Source: Octopus sinensis (taxonomy: Eukaryota). From it: 64,000 bases of DNA. Location of the stretch: assembly GCF_006345805.1 (NCBI RefSeq), contig NW_021832718.1, positions 1 to 64,000 on the forward strand, written 5' to 3'. This document shows positions 37,101-49,736 of the stretch, piece by piece. Each line of letters opens with the position of its first letter. Within the stretch, counting starts at the first letter, position 1. A model generated the notes under the pieces. The model did not search any database. It saw only the letters and a program-made list of their open reading frames with translations, and had not been told where the DNA came from. Both the position numbers and the translations under genes were made by a program.

Positions 37101-39806
37101 GACCGGAAGAACAGATTTGCTGTCGTGGCATTAGTTGAATGGCAGGGGAAGGCGAACCTTAACAAAGAGGCAAGGGAGCGTAAAACGTTGACCAACTGAG
37201 CGTCCAGAGGGACACATAGCAGTCAGCAGACAGCAGAAAGCCTTTCATTGAAGCAGACGCGTATTATCTTCGCTCCCTAAGGACGCCATTTTGACCAGTT
37301 CTGTTTGCAGTTGAACATTGTAAAATCTTACAGCGTTAAAGTTCAGCCTTGCACGCCCAGAACCAAGGGATCTCTTATTATAAAAGGCAGATTTTATCTG
37401 CCTCCCTTTGTATCTTATAGAAATCTACAATATAGACAATTGAGAATGTTAAATATAAATCGTCTTTGAAAGTTTCTTTGGCCAGTGAACAGTTCTGCCT
37501 GACCTCATAACATAAGGTTTGTTCGATGCGGGCTGCGACGACGATGTTGGTGTTGATAAAGGTGCATGTGTAAATGGTGGTGTTGTCAAAGGTGCATGTG
37601 TGAATGGTGGTGTTGTCAAAGGTGCATGTGAAGGTTCAACGATGGTTGTGGAAGTGGGGTCATCAAAAGATGTGGACACCTCAAAATATGCCCTTTTAAG
37701 ACGGTCTACGGAGACGGTCTCCGAACGACCGTTAATGTCAAGTTTTAACACTTTCGGCGTTCGGGAAATCACACGAAAAGGTCCTTTATAAGGAGAAACA
37801 AGAGGTCCTTTGACAGAATCATCACGAACAATAACATGCGTCCAAGACTCAAGATCTGATGGCACATTAGAAGGAGGATTTTGGTGTCGAGGGCCCATTG
37901 GAGGAAGGGCAGAAAAATATCTGCATAGTCGAGCAACATAAGACTCTAAATTAAGAAACTGTGACTTGTCTGGCACCAACATCGTACCAGGCAATGCCAG
38001 TGTGGTACCATACAAGAGCTCGGCAGAAGAAAAACCAAGATCTGTTTTAATCGCAGTCCGACATCCAAGCAGGACGATAGGAAGAAATTCAGTCCACGAC
38101 TGTGGATTCGGCGAGGCACGCAACGCGGCCTTAAGTTGCCTGTGGAAACGCTCCACCATCCCATTAGAAGCGGGATGGTAACTAGTGGTGCGTATATGAT
38201 GCATCCCCAGGATTCGTGATTACTCACGAAATAAAACCGCTTCGAATTCTCGACCACGATCTGTGGTTAAACTGGACGGTACACCATACCTAGAAATCCA
38301 ATTAGCTGGCAAGAGAAGAAAGCCAAAGGTTTAGTTTCACCATCTATGGTGTGCTGCAAGACAGCGCCAACTGCAGAATCTGATGCGTCCACAGATAAAG
38401 TAAGTGGAGCATCAGGAGCCGGATGTGCTAAAACAGGAACTGAAGCTAGTTCCTTTTTAACTAACTCAAAGGCAGACAGTGCTTCAGCTGAAAGAGTAAG
38501 ACGGGCGTCCTTTTTAGAATTGCCCTTTAGCATCTGCGTTAAAGGAAACAACTTGTCCGCACACCGGTTTATGAAGCGTCGATAGAAATTAACTATACCC
38601 CAAAAATGGCGAAGTTGACGCAAAGAAGAAGGTGGTGCGATGCGCTGAATTGCATCGACTTTAGACGAGAGTGGTTTGATTCTACTCGAATCAATATAAT
38701 GACCGAGAAAATCAAGAGATGATTGCCCCCCAAAAAACTTGTCTGGATTAATGCGAACACCATAGTCGCGAAGACGCTGAAAAAGCTGAGACAAGTGCTG
38801 GAGATGATTTTCATGTGTATCACTTTCGATGAGAATATCATCGACATACGCGAAAACAAAATCAAGTCCACGAACAACTTCATCTATAAAACGTTGGAGC
38901 GTACTACAGGCGTTCCGCAAACCAAAACTCATGTATAGAAATTCGAAACAACCGAAAGGAGTGGTAATTGCCGTTTTAGGAACATCGTCTGGGTTGACCG
39001 GTATTTGATGATAAGCACGTATGAGGTCAACCTTAGAAAAAATGGTACAGCCATGGAGATTTGCTGAAAAGTCATTGAGATTCCTAATTGGATATCTGTC
39101 CGGAATTTAGACGCCGATAATCTCCCACCGGACGAAAATCTGTATCCCCTTTTCGAACTAAATGAAGGGGTGAAGCCCATGGACTGGGGGATGGGCGTAT
39201 CAGACCAAGCTGGAGCATATGCTCAAACTCAGCCCTAGCCGTTTTAAGACGGTCAGGTGCAAGACGCCGTAGGCGCGAAAAAACAGGCGGCCCAGTAGTT
39301 GTAATAAAATGGAGTGTCGAGTGTACGGGTTTTGCCATTTTAAAGGTAATATCAAGTAGCTCTGGAAAAGAAGCTGTAACAGGATCTGGAATCGGTATCA
39401 CTGAAGGGGTGTCCGATCCGATCCCGTCACATTCAATTTAGTTAAATATAACCGACGAAGTCAGGTTATCTGGGAAAGACAGCAAATGTTGTTTTATTAC
39501 TCGTGATGGTGTAGATCTGGTGTACGTATTTCTGAGGGGGACCGACAGCCGAATCTGTTGTACTGCTTCTTGTTGGCTGGTCGAAGTGGTTCGATGTGGT
39601 CCGCTGCTAAGTCGCTGCGTAGTTCTCAGAGACTGCCAATGCGCGTCTGTTCACGAGGGCTGCCAGGGCCAGAGAGACTGAGTGAGTGGACGGTGTTTTA
39701 AGGGTCAGTTTCCCGCACATGCGCATGGGGAAGACTTCCGGTGGCCACCCGGAAGTAGTCCCATTCTGCGCATGCGCGCTGAACCTTACACAGCAGCATC
39801 ACTACA

Positions 39807-39818
39807 TGGCTCCCCCTC
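39807..39818 (-). promoter_or_regulatory. Polypurine tract of the Gypsy provirus
   Basis: Minus strand GAGGGGGAGCCA immediately precedes the 3' LTR. Confidence 0.85.
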
Positions 39819-42800
39819 GAGTGCGGAAGTACGAAAACAAGAAAATTTGTAGTGGTGCTGCAGAAAAACAGACGGCTTGCCGATCCCCCAGAAGATTTGG
39901 TACACAATATACTACAAAAAACAAGAAATTTGAAAGAAAGTCAAATATAAATTGTCTTTGAGAGTTTCTTTGGCCAATGCACTGTTCTGCCCGATCTTGT
40001 AACATACGGTGTGCTCGGGGCACCGTTGACGGCGAAGGTGGTGTTGTGGGAGCCGGTGAAGGCAAAGGTGTCTGTGCAGGTGAATGTGTTTGTGCAGGTG
40101 AAGGTGTCGGCGCTGGTGAAGGTGTTGTTAAAGGTGCATAGGTGGGTGTGGCAACGTTGTCATCAAAAGATGAAGACGCCTCAAAGTATGCTTTCTTCAG
40201 TCGGTCCACGGAAACAGTCTCCGAATGACCATTTATTTCAATGGTGAAAACCTTAGGTGTTCGAGAAAGCACACGGAAAGGTCTTTTATAAGGAGAAACA
40301 AGTGGTCCCTTGACAGAGTCGTTCCGAACAAAAACATGCGACCAAGTGTCCATATCCGGTGAGAGATGGGATGGTGGAGATTGTTTCCTGGGAACCATGG
40401 GTGGAAGATTCGAAAAATAGGAACGCAGTCTGGCGACATAGGTCGCCGGATCATGGGGCTGGGAAGTGTCTGGCACCAACATCGTACCAGGCAATGCCAG
40501 AGTGGTACCATACAGTAGCTCTGCAGAAGAAAATCCCAGGTCTGCCTTGACAGCAGTGCGACAACCGAGAAGCACAATTGGCAGAAATTCAATCCAGGAC
40601 TGTGGATCTGAAGAGGCACGAAGAGCGGCCTTAAGCTGTCTATGGAACCGTTCAACTAATCCATTAGACGCTGGATGATAGCTGGTAGTGTGGATATGAT
40701 GCACACCTAAAATGCGCGACAATTCGCGAAATAGCGAAGCTTCAAACTGACGTCCACAATCTGTAGTCAATCTGGACGGAACTCCGAAACGGGAAATCCG
40801 GTTCGAAACGAAGGCTCGCGCAACAGTCTCAGTAGAAATGTCTGCTATCGGAATGGCTTCTGTCCAGCGGGAGAAACGATCGACACAAGTTAACAGATAA
40901 GAAAACCCGCGACTCACAGGCCATGGTCCAACCAGATCGATGTGGACATGGCGAAAACGGGCCTCCGTAGGGGGGAAAATGTCCAAGCGGGGCACGAACG
41001 TGCCGTTGAATCTTGGACCGTTGACACTTGGAGCAGGTGCGTGTCCAAGAAGTAATAGTGCGACGCATATTCGGCCAGAAAAACCGAGCAGTGATCAGCT
41101 TAAGGGTGGCAGCGATGCCAGGATGTGATAAGGAGTGCAGTGCTTCAAACACTGAGCGTTGATGATTCTCAGGCACGAGTGGCCTGGGAGAACCAGTGGA
41201 AGTATCACCGAGAATGGTGCCTTCGGCTGACGGAAGCGGAGGGTGGGAAAACTGGCAACAGGAGAACCTGGGCGAAGTTAAGTCTAACGACGCCAAAGGT
41301 GGCTACTCCTGCGAGATGGCACTTAAGTCGATAGCAGCAGGAGACGAAAGGGTGCAGACTAGAAGGCGAGAGAGAGCGTCAGCAGGAACGTTCTCTTTTC
41401 CAGGTATGTGTCGAATGTTACTAGTAAATTGAGAGATAAAATCCAGGTGCCGGAAAGCACGAGGTGAGAGTTTGTCCGTTTTTGAACACAGGGCAAACGT
41501 AAGGGGCTTGTGATCCGTATAGATCACAAAATCTCGCCCTTCAAGTTGATGCTGGAAATGACGAACCGATAGATAGATCGCTAGGAGCTTACGATCAAAG
41601 GTGCTGTATCGTCGTTCAGCTGGTTGCAGTTGACGGGAAATGAAAGCCAGAGGTCGAATATGATCATCCACTGTGTGTTGTAACACAGCGCCAATCGCAG
41701 TGTCCGATGCGTCTACAGTCAAAGAGAGAGAAGCACCAGGAACCGGATGTGCAAGCAAAGAAACAGAAGCCAGCTCCTTCTTAATGGACTCAAAGGCTGT
41801 CACTGCCTCAACAGAGAGGGTGACTTGACCGTCCTTTCTAGGAGTGTCCTTTAATAGCCTGGTGAGAGGAAGTAGCTTATCTGCACAACCGGGAATAAAA
41901 CGTCTGTAGAAATTGATCATCCCTAGATAATGCCTGAGCTGGCGCAAGGAAGTGGGAGGTGCGATGCGTTGAATGGCATCGACCTTTGACGACAGAGGGC
42001 TGATTCCACTCGAATCAATATGATGGCCTAGAAAATCTAGAGAAGAGCGTCCGAAAACACACTTGTCGGGATTTATACGTATACTATAAGCGCGAAGACG
42101 CTGAAAAAACTGAGAAAGGTGCTGGAGATGATTTTCACGTGTGTCGCTCGCAATGTGTATATCATCGACATTGGCAAACACAAAATAAATACCGCGGACA
42201 ACCTCATCAATGAAACGCTGGAAAGTGCTGGTAGCATTCCGCAAACCGAAACTCATATACAAAAACTCAAAACACCCAAAAGGGGTAGTGATCGTAGTTT
42301 TCGGAACGTCGGCTGGGTTGACCGGTATTTGATGGTACGCGCGTATAAGGTCGACCTTCGAAAAAATGGTACAACCATGGAGATTTGCCGTAAAGTCCTG
42401 TATAATTCTGATTGGATACCTGTCGGCTATTGTTACGGCATTGAGGCGTCGATAGTCTCCTACCGGGCGAAAATCAGACTCGCCCTTTCGCGCCAAATGA
42501 AGGGGAGACGCCCATGGGCTGGTGGAGGGGCGTATAAGGCCAAGTTGAAGCATGTGCTCAAACTCGGCCCTAGCCGTCTTTAGACGGTCAGGCGCAAGGC
42601 GCCGTGGGCGCGAAAAAACAGGCGGCCCAGTGGTGGTGATAAAATGAAGGGTCGAGTGGGTAGGCTTTTCCGGTTGAAAGGCAATATCCAATAGCTCCGG
42701 AAATGAAGCCAAAAGAGAGTGAAAAACGTCTCCAGAGGTGGCAACAAAGAATGTCGGGCTAAGGACCGCATTGGTGGAACTCCCAGTCGGCGTCGAGAGC

Positions 42801-44269
42801 GACGTCGTGCTGTTAAGAAGCCTCCGACGCCTGACATCCACCAATAGATTAAATCTATCCAAGAAATCAGCGCCGAGAATAGGATGCGGGATGTCAGCGG
42901 GATGACGAATGTTGATGTCGAGGCGCAGCGAAATCTGACCGAAGGTGGTTATGGGAGACGAGTAAATGGCATGCAAGACAATTGAAGAGCGCTTGGGCTT
43001 GTCTGCAGTCAGACGAAGGGGCCAGATGCTGCAACAAGAGCCAGTGTCCACCATGAAGAATTTCTTCGACACAAGATCTTTTACAAAGAACGCACGATTT
43101 TTGGGAAACGAGAAAGAAGAAGGTGACGTGCTCACCTCCTCCTGATTTAGTTTCCCGAGGGCTGGAAAGTGCACGGCTGGGTACACCGTTCTGCCTTTTC
43201 GGCATACTTGGAATGGTACCAGCACCAGCCGGAACGAGAAACAGAGTCACTCCGACTACGAGAAACAGAGCCACTGCGACTACGACTGCGAGGTCGGCGC
43301 CCGATCGCACGCCACAGATCATTGATTCACTGCGTAAGTGCATCGATCCTCTCGGCTAGAGAATTTTGCGTCGGAGAAAATGTCGGAGGGGGCTCTGTAC
43401 ATGCGTACAGGCCTCGCGATGGAGATGGTCCCGAAAATTCTAATATTTTATCGGCCATCGTGGCAATCTGGTCTACTGACACAGACTCCAGTGCCGTGGC
43501 CAACATTGTCTGCACGTGGGCAGGCAACCTGGAGAAGAAAATCTTCCGCAAGAGTGGTGCGTCTGCTGCGTTCCCGCTTAGCTCCCTTAGGTGGTGCAGG
43601 AACTGGGATGGAGTCCTGTCCCCCAACTGTTCGTCGGCCATCAGCTCATTAAATTGACTCTCCTCCGACCGCGTGTTGCGGCGGAGGATTTCGGCTTTTA
43701 CTGACGCGTATGTGGCGTCAGGGTGGGGACTCATTATGAGATCCCTGACCGATGTGGCGAGTCGGGAAGGCAAACTCGAATATAGCAGATGCAACTGCTG
43801 CTGTGGAGGAACGGCATGTGCGGCAAAATGCGACTCCACATGGGCAAGCCACAGACCCGCATCCCCTGTGAATGAAGGCAAACCTGATGCAGCCATGTTT
43901 GTCCGAAAAATCGCCTGTCAGAAAGGGGCAGAAGGTAAGAACGAGAAGTGGAGAACACGTGGAACCGACAAAGCAAACCAAAAAAAAATCGTGTTTTGTG
44001 TACTGGTGTATGTGTGTGTGCACCTCGTGGGTAGTAAAGAAATAGGTGTGTGTGTGCACAAAGGAAAAACAAAAGCTACAGAAAAGAAAAAAAATAATGT
44101 GTGTGTGTGTTTTTTTTTTTTCAGTGTACTGAGTGCGATGGATAAAACTTTTGTTTGTACGCACCTTCGCTGTCCTGAAAGGAAAAGAAAATGATAATGA
44201 AACTGAGTGTTCAGTGTGCTAACTGGCAAAACCTGTTCGCTGCGTCTTCTGTTCTTTTTTTTTTTTTAC

Positions 44270-44281
44270 TCGGGGTCACCA
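44270..44281 (-). promoter_or_regulatory. Primer-binding site complementary to the tRNA-Trp 3' end
   Basis: Minus strand TGGTGACCCCGA lies 2 nt inside the 5' LTR. The eukaryotic tRNA-Trp 3' end is ...UCGGGGUCACCA. Confidence 0.85.
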
Positions 44282-45020
44282 ATTGTAACAGGATCTGGAA
44301 TCGATATCACTGAAGGGGTGTCCGATCTGATCCCGTCACATTCAATTTAGTTAAATATAACAGACGAAGTCAGGTTATCTGGGAAAGACAGCAAATGTTG
44401 TTTTATTACTCGTGATGGTGTAGATCTGGTGTACGTATTTCTGAGGGGGACCGACAGCCGAATCTGTTGTACTGCTTCTTGTTGGCTGGTCGAAGTGGTT
44501 CGATGTGGTCCGCTGCTAAGTCAGTGCATAGTTCTCAGAGACTGCCAATGCGCGTCTGTTCACGAGGGCTATCAGGGCCAGAGAGACTGAATGAGTGGAC
44601 GGTATTTTAGGGGTCAGTTTCCCGCACATGCGCATGGGGAAGACTTCCGGTGGCCACCCGGAAGTAGTCCCATTCTACGCATGCGCGCTGAACCATACAC
44701 AGCAGCATCACTACAAAGCCAAAAGAGAATGAAAAACATCTCCAGATGTAGAAACAATAAATGTCGGGCTAAGAGCTGAATCGGTAGATTCTCTGGTCGG
44801 CGTGGAGAGTGTAGTTGAACTGTCGACTAGCCTCCGACGTCTGACATCTACCAATAAATCAAAGTTATATAGAAAATCCGCTCCTAAAATAGGATGCGGA
44901 ATGTCAGCAATGACAAAAACCCACTGAAAATCTCGACGAAGATTTATGTCAAGGCGTAAAGAGATCTGACCAAATGTGGCTATTGGTGATGAGTCAATAG
45001 CGTGCAAAATAACATTAGGT

Positions 45021-45530
45021 TAGGGTTGCCAGACGTCCCTTATATAAGGGATGTGGCCCATATTTGATAATTTTGTCTCCTGTCCCGTACTGATCTTTCA
45101 GGGACACGCTAAATGTCCCAAATTTAGTTAATTTCCAAATCTCGAAATAAAAATATATTTTTACTACCTTCTTATGGTTCTTAGTTGTAATTGTTTACTT
45201 TTTTCATATCCTCTTTGATTGGTTAAAATTACACAAATAGGACAACTTTAACACGAAATAACTTCTAAGATACGAAATTTTGTCAAAAATGTTGAAAGTG
45301 AACCGTGTTCAGCATGAGAAATTACACCAGTATACGAAGTTTCAAACTGTTTAGTTAAAAAAAATAATTTTTTAATCTGTGAGCGAAACTGAACAGATCC
45401 GTCCTGTGTAGGCTTGTTGTCCCAGTAAGTGGAAAGCTCAAGAGTTACCTCTGTGGCACACACTCTAGCAACACCATGCTGCTCCATAAAAGCATCATCC
45501 AGGGTGCGAAACACTTCTTGCAAGTTATGC
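45021..45530. mobile_element. Possible hAT-like DNA transposon remnant
   Basis: Starts TAGGGTTGCCAG, a hAT-like terminus, directly where the older Gypsy ends. No second TIR found. Confidence 0.3.
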
Positions 45531-47182
45531 TAGCACCATCGGCATGAAAAGCCAGCAACAATAAGTTAGTGTTAACATATTTAATGTAAGCAACCTCAAA
45601 AAATTAAGTTTTTAGTCTTGAAGAATAATAACTAATAGTGTTGTCAGTCTTGTAGCAGGCATGGGAGTCAACTCTAGCTATATTTCAATATAATTCTGTC
45701 CTCATTATTGAAGCATAAATCTTCACCATAATTGCTGAAACAGTGATAAATATTTCAGTAAGTAAATTATTGTATATTGTAAGAAACCAGAAGTATTTAG
45801 AGAATAAGTGCTTCAGAAATAACCTTTACTTGAAAAGCAATAAATAAATTTGTTCATTCATTCTATGTCCATTTTTTCATGCTAGCATAGATTGAATAAT
45901 TACTTATTCATCCTTTGTTTTACAGCTAGATGTTCTTATTTTGTGAACCCTTCCAAGGATTATTAAAAAAAGCTCACTAGAAATAAGTAAGCAGTGAGGA
46001 AAAAACAATATTACATAGTCACAGTTAGTATTTGGGACTGCCCACCATGTATCACTTTTAATTCTCTTCTTCACAAGTTGCTATATCTATTAAACAAGAG
46101 GGAAATTCTTTTATACTGATGAGTTTCTTCAAGACAGGTGCCTTCACTTTGGTTAGAGATATCAAATTTCTTGCTGGTCTCTAATGAGAGCAAAAGAGGG
46201 GAAAGGGCAATCTACAGATGAACAGATTGTGTACACTCACAGTACAAATAAAATGTTATTAAACAAATATTTCAGTACTGTTGAAAGTATGTGTTATCTA
46301 GGTAAGAATAGCTAAATTAATATTGTAAGCATTGAAAATTTTGTGGTATTTGTGTGAGGCTGAAAAATATTTTACATGAGCTAGAAAGTTCTTAGCAATA
46401 TTTGTATCGACAGCTAAACTGTGGAGGTTGATAGGGTCTTGGTTAGTCTATGTTGAATATACATCTGCACATGCATTTTTAAAATAAGGCAAGCTTTCTT
46501 AAAGATAGCAGTTACCCTATTCACACCATTAATATTTATCCAATAGAAAGACCAGTCTGTATCTGTTCCACAAAGTGCCAGAACAGATACTGCCAGATGT
46601 CCTACTTGATCCAAGTTCTGCCAATCTACCATTATTAACCCTGAAAACATGAATGGCAAAGTTTACCAGGGAGGGATTTGGACTGAGAGTGCAGAGAGTC
46701 AGAACAAATACTGTGAAGCATTCTGGCCCAAGAGTCTAACGATTTTCCCAATCTACTTCCTTGTGAAGGACACTTCCTGCGTCCTGCTTTTTAGTTTCAG
46801 GGTGGGTAGGGAGAAAGATACCTTCACTACAGTTAGAGATATTGAATTTTTTGCTAGTCTCTAATGAGAACAAAGAAGAGGGAAAAGAGCAAACAGGGTA
46901 AATATATCAGTTACAGATGAACACATTATATACACTCACAAATAAAATGTTATGCAATATGTCCATGGCATATAGCAGCAATGTTATAAAACCTCTATGA
47001 AAATTGATTGACCTTAGATAGGCACATCTGAAAGTATTAAAAAACAAACAAGGGTACTTTATAACAAAAACAAAACAAAAGCAAAATTTAAAGAAATATT
47101 AAAAAACAAGAAACTACAATGGTACTTTTTAAAATGATTTAATTTAAAAACAAATATAAAAAAACTTTCTAATTAGCAAATA

Positions 47183-48654
47183 CTAGCAGTATCGCCCGGC
47201 GTTGCTCGGGTTTGTTTCGACCCGCTGGAATTGTAATTTTGAAGAGTAAAAATTTTGTGAACATTTTTCTGGTCGAAATACACCGAAAAGTGGCGACACA
47301 GCAGTGAAAAAATCGTAAAAAATAGGGATTTTCATAGAAAAAAGCATCTTTTTGATGTAAATAATTTTTGGTGTTAACATGGTCCGATTTGAATTTTATG
47401 TTCTACGGAAGGAAGAGCAACCCTTCTTCTATCATACTCTCAATTTTGGTCGACTTGCGCCGCAGGGTCTCGGAGGAGATAGTGTTAGTTGAAGGTTACC
47501 AAACGTGGCGCACACAGACAACTTTAGCTTTATATAGAGATAACACACACACATTAATACACATACATAGACACACACACACATGTATGTATGGATGTAT
47601 ATATGGGTACTTGTATCGCAGAGTGGTCCCGGTTGCGCACACGCGGATTCGCGCGTGCGAGCCAGACGTAGGTACTCGATACTCGATCGCCCTTAAATAA
47701 TTACTTTTTTTTACAGAAACGCGAACGTATATAACGCGCAAAATTATTCCGTACAATTTATCAAATTAAATAACGCAAAATTAATATATTTTTTGAAATT
47801 GCAAATTATTTAGAATATAAAAATCTGGCTGCTATTTCTAGGTGCCTGAGTAACAACCTCGCGGATTTACAGATAAATGAATTAATTACTATTTTACAGA
47901 ATAAAATTAAATAATTCTTGAAAATTAATTAATATTAATATTTTTTGAACAAAGTAAATAATTTTTAAAACTTAAATAATAATTTTTTTTACACAAACGC
48001 GAACGGGGAAAAGGGGGTGGCGAATTCGATTTTTTTATTTTCGTTGAATGAATAGAAAAAATGTATAATATATGTTGTACATACCTAAATTTTTTCTTTT
48101 TCATGACATTGTAGCAAAATAGTAGTGAATTATATAAATACCAGCAGTACATTTTTTTTCTGGGGTATTTTTTTTCAACCTCGTCACATATTTGCCCCTT
48201 TCAATTTAAACAAAGTCTTAATTAAGCAATTACGGCAGCTTAGCAATGGTTTCAATACAGGCGTGACATCTGTATCTCAATTGTTCAAAACCCTTCGAAT
48301 TTTTTCGCACGTGATGATATCATAGTGAAAACTTTCAATTACGCGCGCTTAGAAGTACGCTCGCAAATCAATACTACCAAAATTTTGAAGTTCGCGCTCC
48401 GCTTGTGTGTGTGTGTGTGTGTGCGTGCTTTAGGTGTACGTAGGTATGTGTTTTTGTGTGTGTGTGTCACTGAAGCCATACATACATATATACATACATA
48501 ACCTCTCTCTCTCTCTTTTCTCTCTCAGTCACTCACTACAAAAAGTGAATAAAAAAAGTTCAGTTATTTCTGTCTTTCACTCTCTCTGTCTCTTTACACA
48601 CACTAACAAAAGCACTTCACTTACACACGACACTTTCTGTGTCGCACAACCCAT

Positions 48655-48737
<83 letters not shown>

Positions 48738-49510
48738 GCACGCACACATGTACATCAATGCTTTCGGAGTGAAATGTTAAAATATTGAGTTTTCTCGAAT
48801 TTTGTCTTAATTGGGGGTGAAATTGAAAGAAATTTGTTATGGCATGACCGAATGGAGTACTTTGAAAAATCTTAGGTAAACTCTAATTGAAGAAATTGTG
48901 TGAGGAGTAAATCGTTATGTATTTATTTGTTTCTGTTTGCTGTGTTTTTTTTTTATTTTTTGAGTAGTGGTTTAAGGTACACTTGCAAAGAGAAAGTGGG
49001 AGAAATTATGTTGATAGCATGAGTGATCCGTTTTATAGAAATACTTTCAGTTTAGTCTTCCTCAAATCACTCTGTCGCTATTTACTCTCTTCCAAGAACA
49101 TTTTCACTCACTCTTATCTCTTAGCTTGCCATACATTTTACTCATGTATCTATCAGCGTGATAGACAGAAACAAATATTACATCGCCATCGCCATCGCCA
49201 TCGCATTCTATTGTCTACCTGTCAACACACACACAGTGAATTACTTTCAGTTTATTCGTTGCACACTGTGTGTGTGCGTGTGCGTGTGGTGTAAACCACA
49301 TTAAGAAAAGCATTTGACATACACACCAGAATGTGAGTTTTCTGTAAATTTTGCTTAATTGGAGTTTAAATTTTAAAAACTGGACCTGGCATGACCCGAT
49401 GCATTCTACTCTTAAAATGCTAGGTAAATTGTAATTGAAGAAATCCTATATTGTAGATTTCTATAACTGACAAAGGGAGGCAGATAAAATCTGCCTTTTA
49501 TAATAAGAGA
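47183..49510 (-). mobile_element. Composite non-autonomous Helitron, about 2.3 kb
   Basis: On the minus strand: A|TCTCTTATTATAAAAGGCAG 5' end at 49510 (same as the array starts) and CCGAGCAACGCCGGGCGATACTG-CTAG|T 3' end at 47183. Inserted between A and T. Confidence 0.8.
48655..48735. repeat. (CA)n microsatellite
   Basis: Directly visible. Confidence 0.95.
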
Positions 49511-49520
49511 TATAGCAACT

Positions 49521-49658
49521 TTAATCATTCCCTATTTGTCTGTGCTCCTTTTGTCTTTTTAACGTGGTTGGTAAGTTGGTAGGAATAACGTCTTTCGAAG
49601 GATCTTTATGTTTCAAAATAATGAGGCATTTCACCGTCACCTCTTCTTTACCATTCAT
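49521..49658 (-). CDS. MRPL9: MRPL9 last coding exon with TAA stop
   Basis: ttctttacatttcAG|ATGAATGGT...GATTAA translates MNGKEEVTVKCLIILKHKDPSKDVIPTNLPTTLKRQKEHRQIGND*. The xNGxExVxVxCxI motif follows the previous exon in frame. Confidence 0.8.
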   Translation of the reverse strand: MNGKEEVTVKCLIILKHKDPSKDVIPTNLPTTLKRQKEHRQIGND

Positions 49659-49705
49659 CTGAAATGTAAAGAAGTAAATATAGTCACAGGTATCTGGTGT
49701 GTACT

Positions 49706-49736
<31 letters not shown>

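Larger units (their letters stand above)
31580..37434 (+). mobile_element. Composite/tandem Helitron array
   Basis: Repeated 5' ends TCTTATTATAAAAGG (about 31580, 33210, 35432, 37371) and TCTTTATATATAAAA-type starts (about 32378, 34289, about 36228). 3' hairpin CCGAGCAACGCCGGG...CTAG ends at 33209, 34683 and 36621. The block 34289-35431 recurs at about +1939. Confidence 0.85.
39375..44715 (-). mobile_element. Complete Ty3/Gypsy provirus (Mag-like), 432-bp LTRs, coding region disrupted
   Basis: LTRs at 39375-39806 and 44284-44715 with TG...CA ends and about 13 differences by eye. TSD AAGC (39371-39374 / 44716-44719). gag 43327-43896; PR-RT-RH 41303-43225 (MVDTGS, YPI, VDDI, YTDHKPL); integrase 40829-41296 and 39802-40995 (HPG..CxxC, HIDLVGP). 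Confidence 0.97.
37449..45017 (-). mobile_element. Older, LTR-less, internally deleted Gypsy pol (37449-39374 plus 44716-45017), interrupted by a younger provirus
   Basis: Integrase ORF 37449-38204, RT/RNase H ORFs 38267-38932 and 39084-39401, and protease-region ORF 44711-45007 are all paralogous to the inner element. The two halves join seamlessly across TSD AAGC. Confidence 0.9.

Noticed and set aside
42119-44229. Long antisense and alternative-frame ORFs over the Gypsy and RTE elements
   Set aside because: Shadow ORFs of TE coding sequence with no independent motifs.
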